Of a stretch of DNA of 64,000 nt, positions 8,648-18,580 are shown piece by piece. A program made the position numbers and the translations under genes. Origin of the DNA: a candidate division WWE3 bacterium (GTDB lineage: Bacteria > Patescibacteriota > WWE3 > UBA101185 > UBA10185); assembly GCA_016182565.1 (NCBI GenBank), contig JACPGI010000004.1, positions 40,321 to 104,320 of the forward strand. Reading direction: 5' to 3'. The notes below the pieces were generated by a model that saw only the letters and a list, made by a program, of their open reading frames with translations, did no database searches and had not been told where the DNA came from. Position 1 is the first letter of the stretch. Each line of letters starts with the position of its first letter.

Positions 8648-10507
8648 TTAATCTTGCTTATAAACTCTCAATGTCACCATCCTCTTACTCTCTTTTCTAA
8701 ATTCATCAACTTGCTCTATAAGTTCAGCCTTTGGAAATTTAACTTTAAGCTTTTCCAAAGTTTCACCCAAAGTCTCATTTAACATAAGTTCCACTGTAAC
8801 ATCCTCGTAAGTTTTGTTTGGAATGTAGTCTATAACCCTTAACTTCTTAGTTCCCGATTTTACAAGGTTTTCGGTAAAAAGTGTGAATCCGTCGTTTCTT
8901 AATTCACCAAGCTCCAATTTGTCTTGATATATTGTTACCACATTTGTATTTTTCATGTTGGTTTGAGAGCTTGATTTATTTTCCATTTTAGCTTTATATG
9001 AGACATTACTAATCCCAAGATTAACAAATAATCCACTTAGGATCTTTTTTACCTCATCATTAGTTTGTCTTGCCCCATTATCATTTAGAACAATACCCTC
9101 AACTACTTTGATTTCTTTTATATCTTCGTATTTCTCGCCAATTTTAAAATAAGTTCTACCTACTTCAAAAAGTCTTATTACTGAATATTTATGTTTTTTA
9201 TAAATTTCAAGAACTGGTCTTAGAGTCTCTGCAACATTTGTCCTCAAGGCATTTTGCTCTGAGTTTAGAGCGTTTTCTAGTATTATTTGAGTTTTATCAT
9301 TACCATTTACCATAGTCATCGGACTTGATATGTGTTCGTGCATCCCAAGGTTTACTAAAATATCTCTTATTTTGTCCTCGTAATCCATCAAAGTTGGAGT
9401 TATTTCTTTTGGTGAAGCTGAATTCATGAGTTCATTTGGAATATTTTTATAATCGTTTATTCTTAAAATGTCAGATACTATGTCGTCTTCTACTTCTATA
9501 TCTGTTCTAAAAAACGGAATTTCTAAGGTAAGCTCCAAGGTACTTTCTTTGATAATTTTATATTCTAATTTGGTTAGAATATCCTTAACTTTCATGGGGT
9601 CAACATCAATACCACCGATAGTTTTAATTCGACTAAATCTTAATATCATGTTTTTTGGCTGGGCTTTATTTGGATAATAATCTTCATTTTCAAAATACTG
9701 CCCCCCAGCAAGTTCTAAAATAAGTTTTGTGGCCCTTTCAATAGCAATTTGAGTAAGTTCAGGATGTAAAAACTTTTCTGTTCTTGCGACAGTCTCGTTT
9801 CTTATATTTAATCTGCGTGATGTCTTTCGTATATTTGATTGATTATAATTTCCGGCATCCAAAATAATATCTGTAGTTTTGTTGTCAACTGCAGTTAATT
9901 TTGAGCCAACAATTGCTCCAATACCTATTAAATTATTACCTTCTGCCATAACTAAGGTTTCACTATCTACTGCCACCTCTTGCCCTAGAAGTGTTAAAAC
10001 CTTCTCCCCAGCTTTACCATGTCTAAACACAATCTCTTGCTTTGAAAATTTTGATAGATCTTGTGCGTGCATTGGTTGTCCGTACTCAACCATCACAAAG
10101 TTTGTAATATCCACTATATTGTTAATTGTTGGAAGGCCATAACTCTCAAGACGCTCTTTAATCCATATTGGAGAGTCCCCTACTTTAATGCCTCTAAAAA
10201 CTCTGGTATTAAATCTTTTTACGAGCTCTGGTGCTTCTATTTTAATTTTTACCCCGCCCTGACCGTTTGATTCTGGTACCAAGCCATCTGGTTTTTTAAG
10301 CTTTGTGCCATCAAAAGCGGCAAAATCTCTAGCGCAGCCAATAATAGAAAGCCAGTCAGCCCTATCCATACGGTGCTCAAGATCCAACACATCATTTTCT
10401 ATAGGTTTATCAAGCATTAATCCAAGAGACGTAAAAGAGTCAGCTATTTCTGCTGGGGTTTTCTTTGTATCTATATAGTCTTTTAGCCAAACTAAAGGTA
10501 ATTTCAT
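8648..10507 (-). CDS. pheT: phenylalanine--tRNA ligase beta subunit (shortened form, 619 aa)
   Basis: N-terminus MKLPLVWLKDYID typical of PheT; B3/4 and B5 region similarity; directly upstream of pheS in conserved operon. Confidence 0.85.
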   Translation of the reverse strand: MKLPLVWLKDYIDTKKTPAEIADSFTSLGLMLDKPIENDVLDLEHRMDRADWLSIIGCARDFAAFDGTKLKKPDGLVPESNGQGGVKIKIEAPELVKRFNTRVFRGIKVGDSPIWIKERLESYGLPTINNIVDITNFVMVEYGQPMHAQDLSKFSKQEIVFRHGKAGEKVLTLLGQEVAVDSETLVMAEGNNLIGIGAIVGSKLTAVDNKTTDIILDAGNYNQSNIRKTSRRLNIRNETVARTEKFLHPELTQIAIERATKLILELAGGQYFENEDYYPNKAQPKNMILRFSRIKTIGGIDVDPMKVKDILTKLEYKIIKESTLELTLEIPFFRTDIEVEDDIVSDILRINDYKNIPNELMNSASPKEITPTLMDYEDKIRDILVNLGMHEHISSPMTMVNGNDKTQIILENALNSEQNALRTNVAETLRPVLEIYKKHKYSVIRLFEVGRTYFKIGEKYEDIKEIKVVEGIVLNDNGARQTNDEVKKILSGLFVNLGISNVSYKAKMENKSSSQTNMKNTNVVTIYQDKLELGELRNDGFTLFTENLVKSGTKKLRVIDYIPNKTYEDVTVELMLNETLGETLEKLKVKFPKAELIEQVDEFRKESKRMVTLRVYKQD

Positions 10508-10513
10508 ATATTC

Positions 10514-11542
10514 TTAATATTTATATACCAACCCCCCGCCATATAATTTTCTGATGTCAGAAATTCCAAATTTTTGCATGACGTGTCTATCCAGTCCCAT
10601 ACCAAAGGCAAATCCGGAATAAACCTCAGGATCAATTCCGCAAGATTTGAGTGTATTGTAGTGAATCATGCCGCTTCCCAGCATTTCAATCCATCCTCGC
10701 TGCTTACATACATCACAACCTACACCCTTGCAAAACTTACACTGCATATCAACTCCCATCCCGGGTGATACCTCAGGATAGTATTTGTATCTAAAGCGCA
10801 AAATGGTATCTTCTCCAAACAAAAACTTATGCACAAGTTCAAGAGTTGCTTTAAGGTGTTTCATTGTAATACCTTTATCTACAACTACACCTTGATATTG
10901 ATAAAAAAATGAAGAGTTAGTTTTATTTGGAGTCTCATTTCTAAAACATTTTCCAGGTATGACTACTCTTATTGGTGGCCTGTAATTAGTTAAAACACGA
11001 GATTCCACGGAAGAAGTATGCGTTCTAAGAAGTATTTCAGGTTGCGTTACAAATAGGGTGTCCTGCAGGTCCGTAGCTGGATGGTCTTCTGGTAAATTTA
11101 ACTTACGAAAATTAAACTCTGCTGTCTCTACTTCTGGACCCTCAAATACAGAAAACCCATGATACCTAAAAAATTTATTCATCTCTCTTATAACCTGAGT
11201 TGTAGGGTGGAGGTATCCTGATTCTTTTGGAGGAAGCGGCATAGTAAGATCAATTGTAGGGTCTTCATACTGCTCTTTTTCCTGTAGTATTTTTTCATGG
11301 CCAATTCTATTTTTATATTCGTCTTGGAGATCGTTAATAATAGGACCAAACTCTTTGCGTTCATCGGATGAAAGCTTTGGTAATTCTTTTATAAGTTCTG
11401 TAATAACTCCGTGCTTTTTGGAAAAGTACTTAACATAAATCTCATCAAGTGTTGAGTTATTTGCATTACTGCCGTTTTTAGCGTTTTGCAAGTCGTTTTC
11501 TAGCTCTTTTTTTATGTCTTCAATCTTTTTGTTTAGATCCAT
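10514..11542 (-). CDS. pheS: phenylalanine--tRNA ligase alpha subunit
   Basis: Class II aaRS motifs (FRYKYYPEVSPGMGVDM; GWIEMLGSGMIHYNTL; AFGMGLDR). Confidence 0.9.
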   Translation of the reverse strand: MDLNKKIEDIKKELENDLQNAKNGSNANNSTLDEIYVKYFSKKHGVITELIKELPKLSSDERKEFGPIINDLQDEYKNRIGHEKILQEKEQYEDPTIDLTMPLPPKESGYLHPTTQVIREMNKFFRYHGFSVFEGPEVETAEFNFRKLNLPEDHPATDLQDTLFVTQPEILLRTHTSSVESRVLTNYRPPIRVVIPGKCFRNETPNKTNSSFFYQYQGVVVDKGITMKHLKATLELVHKFLFGEDTILRFRYKYYPEVSPGMGVDMQCKFCKGVGCDVCKQRGWIEMLGSGMIHYNTLKSCGIDPEVYSGFAFGMGLDRHVMQKFGISDIRKLYGGGLVYKY

Positions 11543-11589
11543 GGGTAATCTACTTTAATAACTTATATGATTTTATAGGGAAATTGTAC

Positions 11590-11946
11590 TTACTTAAAGG
11601 CTTTTTTGACTTTTTCTACTACGGACTCAAAAGCTTTTACGTCTTTTATAGCAAGTTCAGAAAGCATTTTTCGATTTAATTCAATTTTTGCAAGGCTAAG
11701 GCCGTTTATAAATTTACTGTAGTTAAGGCCAGTTGCTGTTAATGCTCCACTTAATCTTGTGATCCAAGTTTGTCTTAAATCTCTTCGTCTAATTTTTCTT
11801 CCACCAAAAGCATACTCACCTGCAGCAAGTACAGCTTCTTGAGCACGTCTAAATCTCTTGCTTCTAGACTCTTGATATCCCTTTGCAAGTTTTAATACTT
11901 TTGTGTGTTTTTTGTGGGCGCTTGGGCCCCCCTTTACTCTTGCCAT
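11590..11946 (-). CDS. rplT: 50S ribosomal protein L20
   Basis: MARVKGGPSAHKKHTKVLKLAKGY... canonical L20 N-terminus. Confidence 0.9.
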   Translation of the reverse strand: MARVKGGPSAHKKHTKVLKLAKGYQESRSKRFRRAQEAVLAAGEYAFGGRKIRRRDLRQTWITRLSGALTATGLNYSKFINGLSLAKIELNRKMLSELAIKDVKAFESVVEKVKKAFK

Positions 11947-11947
11947 A

Positions 11948-12163
11948 TTATTTTACCTTCCTTGCATGACTGTGTAATAGTTGTTTAAAAATATTTTTAT
12001 GCCCGATGTTTAGTACTTGACCCCCTAAGTTTTTTCTTGTCTTTTTGTTTGCTGACCACTTTCTTTTCAAATGTGAAGTACTTACGTTTTTTCGCAAAAT
12101 CTTACCATTTTTAGTGATTTTTATTCTTTTCATTGCTGTTCTTTTTGTTTTTAGTTTTGGCAT
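11948..12163 (-). CDS. rpmI: 50S ribosomal protein L35
   Basis: MPKLKTKRTAMKRIKITKNGKI... canonical L35; start moved to the internal MPKLKT ATG relative to the ORF track. Confidence 0.8.
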   Translation of the reverse strand: MPKLKTKRTAMKRIKITKNGKILRKNVSTSHLKRKWSANKKTRKNLGGQVLNIGHKNIFKQLLHSHARKVK

Positions 12164-12199
12164 TGTTTTTCCCTTTGTCTTCAACTTTTAAGTTTTGGA

Positions 12200-12712
12200 C
12201 TATTTTTTTATAAATGTCGTTTTTATTTCGCCACCGATTTGCTTTGCATTTTCCTCAGTTTTTGCAATATCACTAAGTGCTGCAGTGAATTTGGCTATTT
12301 TTTCAAAGCCAACTTCTGGAAAAGCCTTTTCTCGGCCTCGCAATTGTACAGTAATTCTTACTCTATTGCCATCCAGTAAGAACTCTCTAGATCTTTCGAT
12401 TCTAGTGTTGATGTCGCCTTCTCCGATGTGTGGCCCGAATTTGAATTCTTTGAGTTCACTTTTTTTGGATTTGGCTTTTGCTGCAGAAGCTTTTTTGCTT
12501 TCATCATAAAGAAATTTGTTGAAATCCAGGATTTTGGCTATCGGTGGAGTTGCCCCTTCTGAAACCACAACTAGATCCAAATTTCTGTTTTTAGCTTCGG
12601 TTATAGCGTCACGTGTAGGTAAGATACCCAAATTTTCCCCGTCCTTGGTAATAACTCTAAGTTCGTTTGATCTTATTCTTTCGTTTATTTGGTATCTTTT
12701 ATCGTAACTCAC
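12200..12712 (-). CDS. infC: translation initiation factor IF-3
   Basis: IF3 N- and C-domain similarity (INERIRSNELRVITKDGENLGIL...); GTG start with AAGGAGA SD 11 nt upstream; infC-rpmI-rplT order. Confidence 0.85.
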   Translation of the reverse strand: MSYDKRYQINERIRSNELRVITKDGENLGILPTRDAITEAKNRNLDLVVVSEGATPPIAKILDFNKFLYDESKKASAAKAKSKKSELKEFKFGPHIGEGDINTRIERSREFLLDGNRVRITVQLRGREKAFPEVGFEKIAKFTAALSDIAKTEENAKQIGGEIKTTFIKK

Positions 12713-12837
12713 GTTTTACGTTTTTCTCCTTGCAACAGGGGGAATTTACCATAATTGTGCCCTGTTGGTCAATAAACTTGGTTAAACTACTTTGTCCTTT
12801 AGTTTTAAGTTCTTTTATAAATGGAAATTTTGGCATT

Positions 12838-14649
12838 TTACTGTGATTTTTCCCATAGGTTTAATGATCTATTTTCATATAGCCTTTTTATTTCAGTAGC
12901 AACTAGTTCTATGTCTACTGCACCTAAATCTTTACCGTCCCGAAGTCTTAAACTGACTTGATTATTAGCAATCTCCCTGTCCCCTACTACCATCATATAT
13001 GGGATTTTTTGTAACTGCGCATTTCTTATTTTTGCACCAAATGAGTCACCTCTGTCGTTTATCTCAACTCTTAGTCCCATATCAAATAACTTTTCTTGAA
13101 GTTTTTTACCAAACTCTACGTGTCTATCTGCAATAGGGATTATTTCTACCTGAACCGGTGCAAGCCATACAGGGAAGTTTCCCCCAAAGTGCTCAATCAA
13201 AAAGCCAATAAACCTTTCATGAGAGCCAAGTGGCGCTCTATGAATAACCGCGGGGCGCTGAACTTTACCTTCACTATCTATGTATTCAAGCTTAAATCTT
13301 TCCGGCATAAAAAGATCGAGTTGGTTAGTAGAAATGCTAAACTCACGTCCAATTGATGAAACTACGTTAAAATCTATTTTTGGTCCGTAAAAGGCGGCTC
13401 CACCTATGTCGTCTTTTGCTTGGATATCAGATTTTGCTATAGCATTTCGCATGATCTTTTCAGCCATATCCCATACGGTTTTGTCCCCGTGGTATTTGTC
13501 CTTCTTTTCTTCACTTGGAAGTCCCACCACTAAGTAGTAGTCATTTTTGGTAAGGCCTAATGCATTGTAATAATATTCGTGTAATTTTAAGACTGTCAGA
13601 AATTCTTCTTCTGCTTGTTCCAGAGTGCAGTAAATGTGGGCATCGTTTTGTTGTAAACCTCGTACCCGCATCAAACCAAACAAAGAACCGGATTGCTCGT
13701 AACGGTAACACATGCCATATTCGGCTACTCGTAACGGTAATTCTTTATAGGACCTTTGATGGGATTTAAAAATCATATGGTGGTGGGGGCAGTTCATGGC
13801 TTTTAGATAGTATTCTTCACCGTCTATGTCTATTGCGTTATACATATCGTCTTTGTAGTAAGGGATATGCCCAGAAGTTTCGTAAAGTTTACTTTTCCCG
13901 ATGTGTGGGGTAGATACCCTGACATACCCCCACTTGCGTTCTGTTTCTTTCGCCCATTTTTCCAGCTCTTCCCTTACGATATTGCCTTTTGGTAGCCATA
14001 ATGGGAGTCCTAAGCCCACATCTTCACTAAATGTAAAAAGCTCAAGTTCCTGACCTAGCTTTCGGTGGTCTCTTTTTTTGGCTTCTTCAAGTTTTGCGAG
14101 GTATTCATCTAAGTCTTTTTTTGAGGTAAATGCAGTAGCGTATATTCTTTGAAGCATTTTATTTTTCTCATCCCCTTTGTAGTAAGCTCCTGCAACACTA
14201 AGGAGTTTAAATGCTTTTATGTCCGAAGTATTTGCTATATGAGGTCCTGCACAAAGATCCAAATCATGATGTGTGTCTTTTTCGGTACCAATTTCACATA
14301 CAGTAATTTTTTCACCTCTTGCAATTATTTCTTCAAGGTTAGTAAGTTTGTACGGATTTTCTTTAAATATTTCTTTACCCCGTGCTTCGTCGATTTCTGT
14401 CATTTTAAGATCAAGTTTGGCATCAATGATTTCTTGCATTTTAGCCTCAATCTTTGGAAAATCCTCAACAGATACCTGAGTATCAAGATCGAAATCAAAA
14501 TAAAATCCGTCTTTGATAGGTGGTCCCATTACTTTTTTAGTTTCTGGGTAAAGCTCTTGCATGGCGGTGTGCAAGATATGTTCAGCACTATGCCTTAGTG
14601 GCATTAGTGGGTCGTCTTTTAATTGTTCTATTACTTTTAGTTTTGCCAT
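12838..14649 (-). CDS. thrS: threonine--tRNA ligase (N2 editing + catalytic + anticodon-binding domains; no N1/TGS domain)
   Basis: Editing-domain residues (RHSAEHIL, DLCAGPHI), class II motifs, C-terminal anticodon-binding domain; likely start at MAKLKVIE. Confidence 0.9.
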   Translation of the reverse strand: MAKLKVIEQLKDDPLMPLRHSAEHILHTAMQELYPETKKVMGPPIKDGFYFDFDLDTQVSVEDFPKIEAKMQEIIDAKLDLKMTEIDEARGKEIFKENPYKLTNLEEIIARGEKITVCEIGTEKDTHHDLDLCAGPHIANTSDIKAFKLLSVAGAYYKGDEKNKMLQRIYATAFTSKKDLDEYLAKLEEAKKRDHRKLGQELELFTFSEDVGLGLPLWLPKGNIVREELEKWAKETERKWGYVRVSTPHIGKSKLYETSGHIPYYKDDMYNAIDIDGEEYYLKAMNCPHHHMIFKSHQRSYKELPLRVAEYGMCYRYEQSGSLFGLMRVRGLQQNDAHIYCTLEQAEEEFLTVLKLHEYYYNALGLTKNDYYLVVGLPSEEKKDKYHGDKTVWDMAEKIMRNAIAKSDIQAKDDIGGAAFYGPKIDFNVVSSIGREFSISTNQLDLFMPERFKLEYIDSEGKVQRPAVIHRAPLGSHERFIGFLIEHFGGNFPVWLAPVQVEIIPIADRHVEFGKKLQEKLFDMGLRVEINDRGDSFGAKIRNAQLQKIPYMMVVGDREIANNQVSLRLRDGKDLGAVDIELVATEIKRLYENRSLNLWEKSQ

Positions 14650-14903
14650 TGTTTTGTTTTCATACTTGCGTTTTATCAAAAGTTTTTTGACACTACCCAT
14701 TTAATATGTTGAGTGTTACAAGCCTTGAATAACTATTAGTTTACTATATTTGAACAAATCTGGGTATTTGGAAGTGGCTTGTGATTTGTTTCAGGTTTGG
14801 TTTTGGATTTTTGCAGACAATTTAAAAAGGTGTAGAATGCAGAAAATTTAACCTTTGTCTAATAAACTTCAAATTCGTCCAATAAATATTAAGGAGAGAT
14901 CAA

Positions 14904-15587
14904 ATGAAAAAAAATCTTGTGTATTTTCGCCTTGACCGGCTGGAAGCGGGAATTGTTTTTGTTATGACTTTCTGGCTGGCATTCTTGAGCACAGCGTTGT
15001 TTGACAACTCTGTAACATACGCACTGCTGTCCAGCTTCACAGTTGTGATCATCGTGTTCTATCTGCTTCGATTCCAGATATATCTTGTGGAAAAAAGCTG
15101 GGTGTGGCGGATTCAACTGTGCAAAGCTGTCGGGTACCATGCTGGCTATTACCTAATGATCGCGTTTGGAGCATTGCTTTCGACAGCTACTGCCGCGGCT
15201 TTGTTTTTCTTATTTCGTGGGCAGCAATTAAGCCCTCGAGATATCCAAACAGCAGGTATCATATGTGCTTCTGTTGTTTCTGCGCGTGTGGTTTGGTTGG
15301 GGTTTGTGTTTAATCAGACCCCGCTTCTTGACTGTCGTATGTTACCCATCAAGAAGAATCCATTAAGTCAGCTACATGTCTACTCAACCGAGTTTGAGCA
15401 ATTTTTCCTGGTTGATTCCAGTTGGGAAATCCGACCAGATGGAGAAATTGCTTGGGGCTATGCTGACTCGGTACCAAATTATCTTAGCCGTGAGTATACC
15501 TTTGTATTACCGCCGTATTGTTTCATGTATGTGTCCCTTGGTGATCGTCTTGACTGGGATGAAGAAGATCTCGGCGACATACCGTAA
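14904..15587 (+). CDS. hypothetical membrane protein (about 4 TM helices + C-terminal soluble domain), atypically GC-rich (~47%)
   Basis: AAGGAGAGA SD 6 nt upstream of ATG; hydrophobic N-terminal half; strong terminator hairpin downstream at 15647-15688. Confidence 0.55.
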   Translation: MKKNLVYFRLDRLEAGIVFVMTFWLAFLSTALFDNSVTYALLSSFTVVIIVFYLLRFQIYLVEKSWVWRIQLCKAVGYHAGYYLMIAFGALLSTATAAALFFLFRGQQLSPRDIQTAGIICASVVSARVVWLGFVFNQTPLLDCRMLPIKKNPLSQLHVYSTEFEQFFLVDSSWEIRPDGEIAWGYADSVPNYLSREYTFVLPPYCFMYVSLGDRLDWDEEDLGDIP

Positions 15588-15646
15588 GGGTATGCTGCGG
15601 TATATTCAATAGATTTTGGAAAACCTGTTTGTACCATAAAATGAAA

Positions 15647-15688
15647 ATGCGTGCTGGTTAGATTATTCCGACCAACACGCATTTTTTG
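15647..15688 (+). terminator. Rho-independent terminator (12-bp stem TGCGTGCTGGTT/GACCAACACGCA then T6)
   Basis: Stem 15647-15658 / 15670-15681 with one mismatch, followed by TTTTTTGT; lies inside the 5' end of the track-predicted truB ORF. Confidence 0.45.
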
Positions 15689-15713
15689 TACTTTTTATTG
15701 CTACAATACCCAA

Positions 15714-16376
15714 GTGATATTAAACATTTACAAACCTGTAAATTGGACAAGTTTTGACGTGGTTGCAAAGCTAAGGGGAATTTTACATACAAGAAAAATA
15801 GGGCATGCTGGAACTCTTGATCCTTTGGCTCAAGGTGTTTTAGTAGTTCTTACAGATAGTGATACTAAAAAGCAAGATAACTTAATGCACCAGGAAAAAG
15901 AATATGAGGCAGATTTTGTTTTTGGCGCGGCAAGCCCCACGTATGATCTAGAGGGACCACTTGAACTTTCACATACCAAAATTACATTGGATGCACTTAA
16001 AGCACAGCTACCTAATTTTCTTGGGAAGTATATCGGTGAATTTGAACAAAAAATTCCGGCTTATTCTGCAAAACGCCAAAACGGTAAAAAATTATATGAA
16101 CTTGCGCGTGCAGGAAAAATAACCCAAGAAACACTTCCTACAAAAAAAGTTAATGTAAAGTCACTTACAATAACAAATTATTTTTTTAATGAATCTTTAG
16201 ATTTACCCTCAATCACAGTTAAAATAACTTGTGATTCGGGTTTTTATGTACGTTCCCTTGCTCACGATTTAGGTGAGGATTTAGGTTGTGGTGCAGTTAC
16301 GACAAGAATATTAAGAACAAGAGTTGGTGATTATAAAGTAGAAGATAGTGTGACAATCGAATCTATTCTTGGATAA
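15714..16376 (+). CDS. truB: tRNA pseudouridine(55) synthase TruB
   Basis: VILNIYKPVNWTSFDVV and HAGTLDPLAQGVLVV catalytic-Asp motif; start placed at in-frame GTG after the terminator. Confidence 0.85.
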   Translation: MILNIYKPVNWTSFDVVAKLRGILHTRKIGHAGTLDPLAQGVLVVLTDSDTKKQDNLMHQEKEYEADFVFGAASPTYDLEGPLELSHTKITLDALKAQLPNFLGKYIGEFEQKIPAYSAKRQNGKKLYELARAGKITQETLPTKKVNVKSLTITNYFFNESLDLPSITVKITCDSGFYVRSLAHDLGEDLGCGAVTTRILRTRVGDYKVEDSVTIESILG

Positions 16377-17070
16377 GGCACATTTCATCTTCAATATGGT
16401 CTTGTTTAATGCGTGAAACTATCTCTTTTGCCACATACTCTGGTCTGAAATATTTATGCCCATTTTGCTCAAGCCTTTTTTTATCTGGTATATCAAGTGG
16501 ACCAAAATTTGTCATAACACTACTAAAACTAAGAAGAACTACTTTTATACCTTTATCTCTAAATTCTTGTGCCATGGTAAGACTCATACCTCTTAAGGCA
16601 AATTTTGTTGAATTATAGGCAAGTCTTGTCTCTTCTATTTTGAAGCCGCATTGAGAACCGGTGTTTATAATCATTGGTGTGCTGGATTTTTGCAAGTTGG
16701 CAAGTAAAATTTTGGAAAAAATAAACGGAGCATGTACATTTACGGCAAATGAATCAAACCAGCTTTTTGGATCAATATTTTCCAAATTATCGTAAACTCC
16801 AATGCCAGCATTATTCATAAGGATATCTATTTGAGGATGGTTTTTAGCAATTTGGAGTGCGAGGTTTGTTGTTTTGCCAATATCACTAAAATCGGTTTCG
16901 TATATGGAAACGTCTTTAAGACTAATTTTAGTGACCAGTTGGTTAAGTTCCTCTTGATTTTTAGCAACAAGGATAAACTTTGCCCCATCTTTTGCAAACT
17001 CTTGCACAAATGCTTCCCCAATTCCTCCCGTTGCTCCTGTGAGAAGGATAGTTTTATTTTTTAAATCCAC
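16363..17070 (-). CDS. SDR family short-chain dehydrogenase/reductase
   Basis: TGATGGIGEAF Rossmann motif, NNAG; N-terminal ~40 aa of track ORF likely untranslated (in-frame GTG before KNKTILLTGA). Confidence 0.75.
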   Translation of the reverse strand: MDLKNKTILLTGATGGIGEAFVQEFAKDGAKFILVAKNQEELNQLVTKISLKDVSIYETDFSDIGKTTNLALQIAKNHPQIDILMNNAGIGVYDNLENIDPKSWFDSFAVNVHAPFIFSKILLANLQKSSTPMIINTGSQCGFKIEETRLAYNSTKFALRGMSLTMAQEFRDKGIKVVLLSFSSVMTNFGPLDIPDKKRLEQNGHKYFRPEYVAKEIVSRIKQDHIEDEMCLIQE

Positions 17071-17199
17071 ATGAAAATTATAGAGGTTTTGGGCGGTGAT
17101 GTTTAGGGGAATATATACATATCTAATGAGGTTGATTTTACTAAATATATAACTTATAGTATAATGAGGTTGTAAGATATCAATGAAAAGGAGACCCAC

Positions 17200-17412
17200 A
17201 TGTACAGAGTTGAGATCGTGAAAATTGGCACGTATTATTATTTGATGGTCTGTGGTAGTGAAACCTACCTACAGGTCTCACTGACCTCCGGCATCGCCAT
17301 ATTTGGCGGATTTGATAATGCATGGCAGTTCAGCAGTATTGACGAGTTGGATCGCATTGCAGCCGGCAGAGGGCTCTACATCGTCAACATCGCCGATTTT
17401 CAGATGGGATGA
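17200..17412 (+). CDS. small hypothetical protein (70 aa), atypically GC-rich (~47%)
   Basis: AAAGGAGA SD 7 nt before ATG; followed by paired AGTCGACT palindromes (17434-17462); no family recognised. Confidence 0.5.
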   Translation: MYRVEIVKIGTYYYLMVCGSETYLQVSLTSGIAIFGGFDNAWQFSSIDELDRIAAGRGLYIVNIADFQMG

Positions 17413-17584
17413 AGACCCTATCATAATTTTGACAGTCGACTGCAGCCAAAAGCTATAGTCGACTTTCAACCATTCTTTGAGTGTTACTCGGTGTTATTTC
17501 AAGACCCCGAAACCAAATATATTATTTTCTAGTACCCATATTTATAGATTGACCAATCTAGTACACAGATGTATACTTCTCCTC

Positions 17585-18454
17585 GTGGAAAATTACATAG
17601 GCAAAAAACTTAAAGAATTAAGAGCAAAATCAGGAATTACTCAGAAGGAGTTGGCAAAACACCTTGGATGTACGGAGATTATGATAAGTAGGTACGAGCT
17701 TGGGGTTAGTCAGATATCAATCCAACAATTAGAAAAGATAGCCAAAGTTTTCAAAACCCAAATCGCTGCATTTTTTGATGGTAGTACTATTGGTGCTAGT
17801 GTTCCTCATTCTTTTAAAAACGCCTTTGTTTTTGATCTGGATGATACCCTAGTTGACGGTAGATTATTTTGTGGAGAGACAATCGCTAGAGTTATCACAA
17901 ATGTTAACCCATCAGTAAATTTTGATGCAGTTGTACAACTTCACGAGTCAATAAGAGGTATGACTATCGAGGACCTTTATATACATATTCTAACTGAGTT
18001 AGGAATAAAAGCCGATGTTAAGCAACTTTTAAAACATGACCACAGCATTCAAGAAGAAAACATAGATAAAATGAAATTGTTTGACGGTGTTGTTGACATC
18101 CTAGAGTTTTTAAAACGAAACAATAAAAAACTTTATGTGTGTACGAACCGTTCCAAAGACTTAATGACAAAAGTTTTTGAAGCTAGTCAAATTTTACCTT
18201 ATTTTGATGAGGTAATTTCTTGTGTAGATAGTGGTTATAAGAAACCTAATCCATACTGCTTGATAGACTTGATTAAGCGCTCTGGAATGCCTGCCAATGA
18301 ATTTATTTATTTTGGAGATTCTGAAATTGACTCACAGTTTGCACAAAATGCCGAAATTGATCACATTATTTTTGATCAATACCTTAATAACAAAAACCTC
18401 TTTAAAAAATTAGTTAATATGTTTTTAGAAAATCAAATCAACGGTGAGAAGTAA
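17585..18454 (+). CDS. XRE-family HTH domain fused to HAD-superfamily hydrolase
   Basis: N-terminal HTH (LKELRAKSGITQKELAKHLGCTEIMISRYELG) followed by HAD motif I FDLDDTLVD, motif III K(KPNP), motif IV GDSEID in one frame; start uncertain (ATG 17477 or GTG 17585). Confidence 0.6.
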   Translation: MENYIGKKLKELRAKSGITQKELAKHLGCTEIMISRYELGVSQISIQQLEKIAKVFKTQIAAFFDGSTIGASVPHSFKNAFVFDLDDTLVDGRLFCGETIARVITNVNPSVNFDAVVQLHESIRGMTIEDLYIHILTELGIKADVKQLLKHDHSIQEENIDKMKLFDGVVDILEFLKRNNKKLYVCTNRSKDLMTKVFEASQILPYFDEVISCVDSGYKKPNPYCLIDLIKRSGMPANEFIYFGDSEIDSQFAQNAEIDHIIFDQYLNNKNLFKKLVNMFLENQINGEK

Positions 18455-18485
18455 TAAAACATTTTGTGATCTTACTGAGTGGATC

Positions 18486-18562
18486 TGGTGGGCGATACAG
18501 GGATCGAACCTGTGACCTCTACAATGTCAATGCAGTGCTCTAACCAGCTGAGCTAACCGCCC
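18486..18562 (-). tRNA. tRNA-Val (anticodon GAC), CCA encoded
   Basis: Cloverleaf GGGCGGT/ACCGCCC acceptor, GCTCAGCTGGTTAGAGC D-arm, anticodon loop TTGACAT, GGTTCGATCC T-arm, 3' ACCA. Confidence 0.85.
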
Positions 18563-18580
18563 CAAACCCCTCCCCGACCA

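Noticed and set aside
14650-14903. T-box leader upstream of thrS
   Set aside because: No GGTGGTACC T-box consensus (or its complement) and no specifier/antiterminator arrangement in the ~200-nt upstream region
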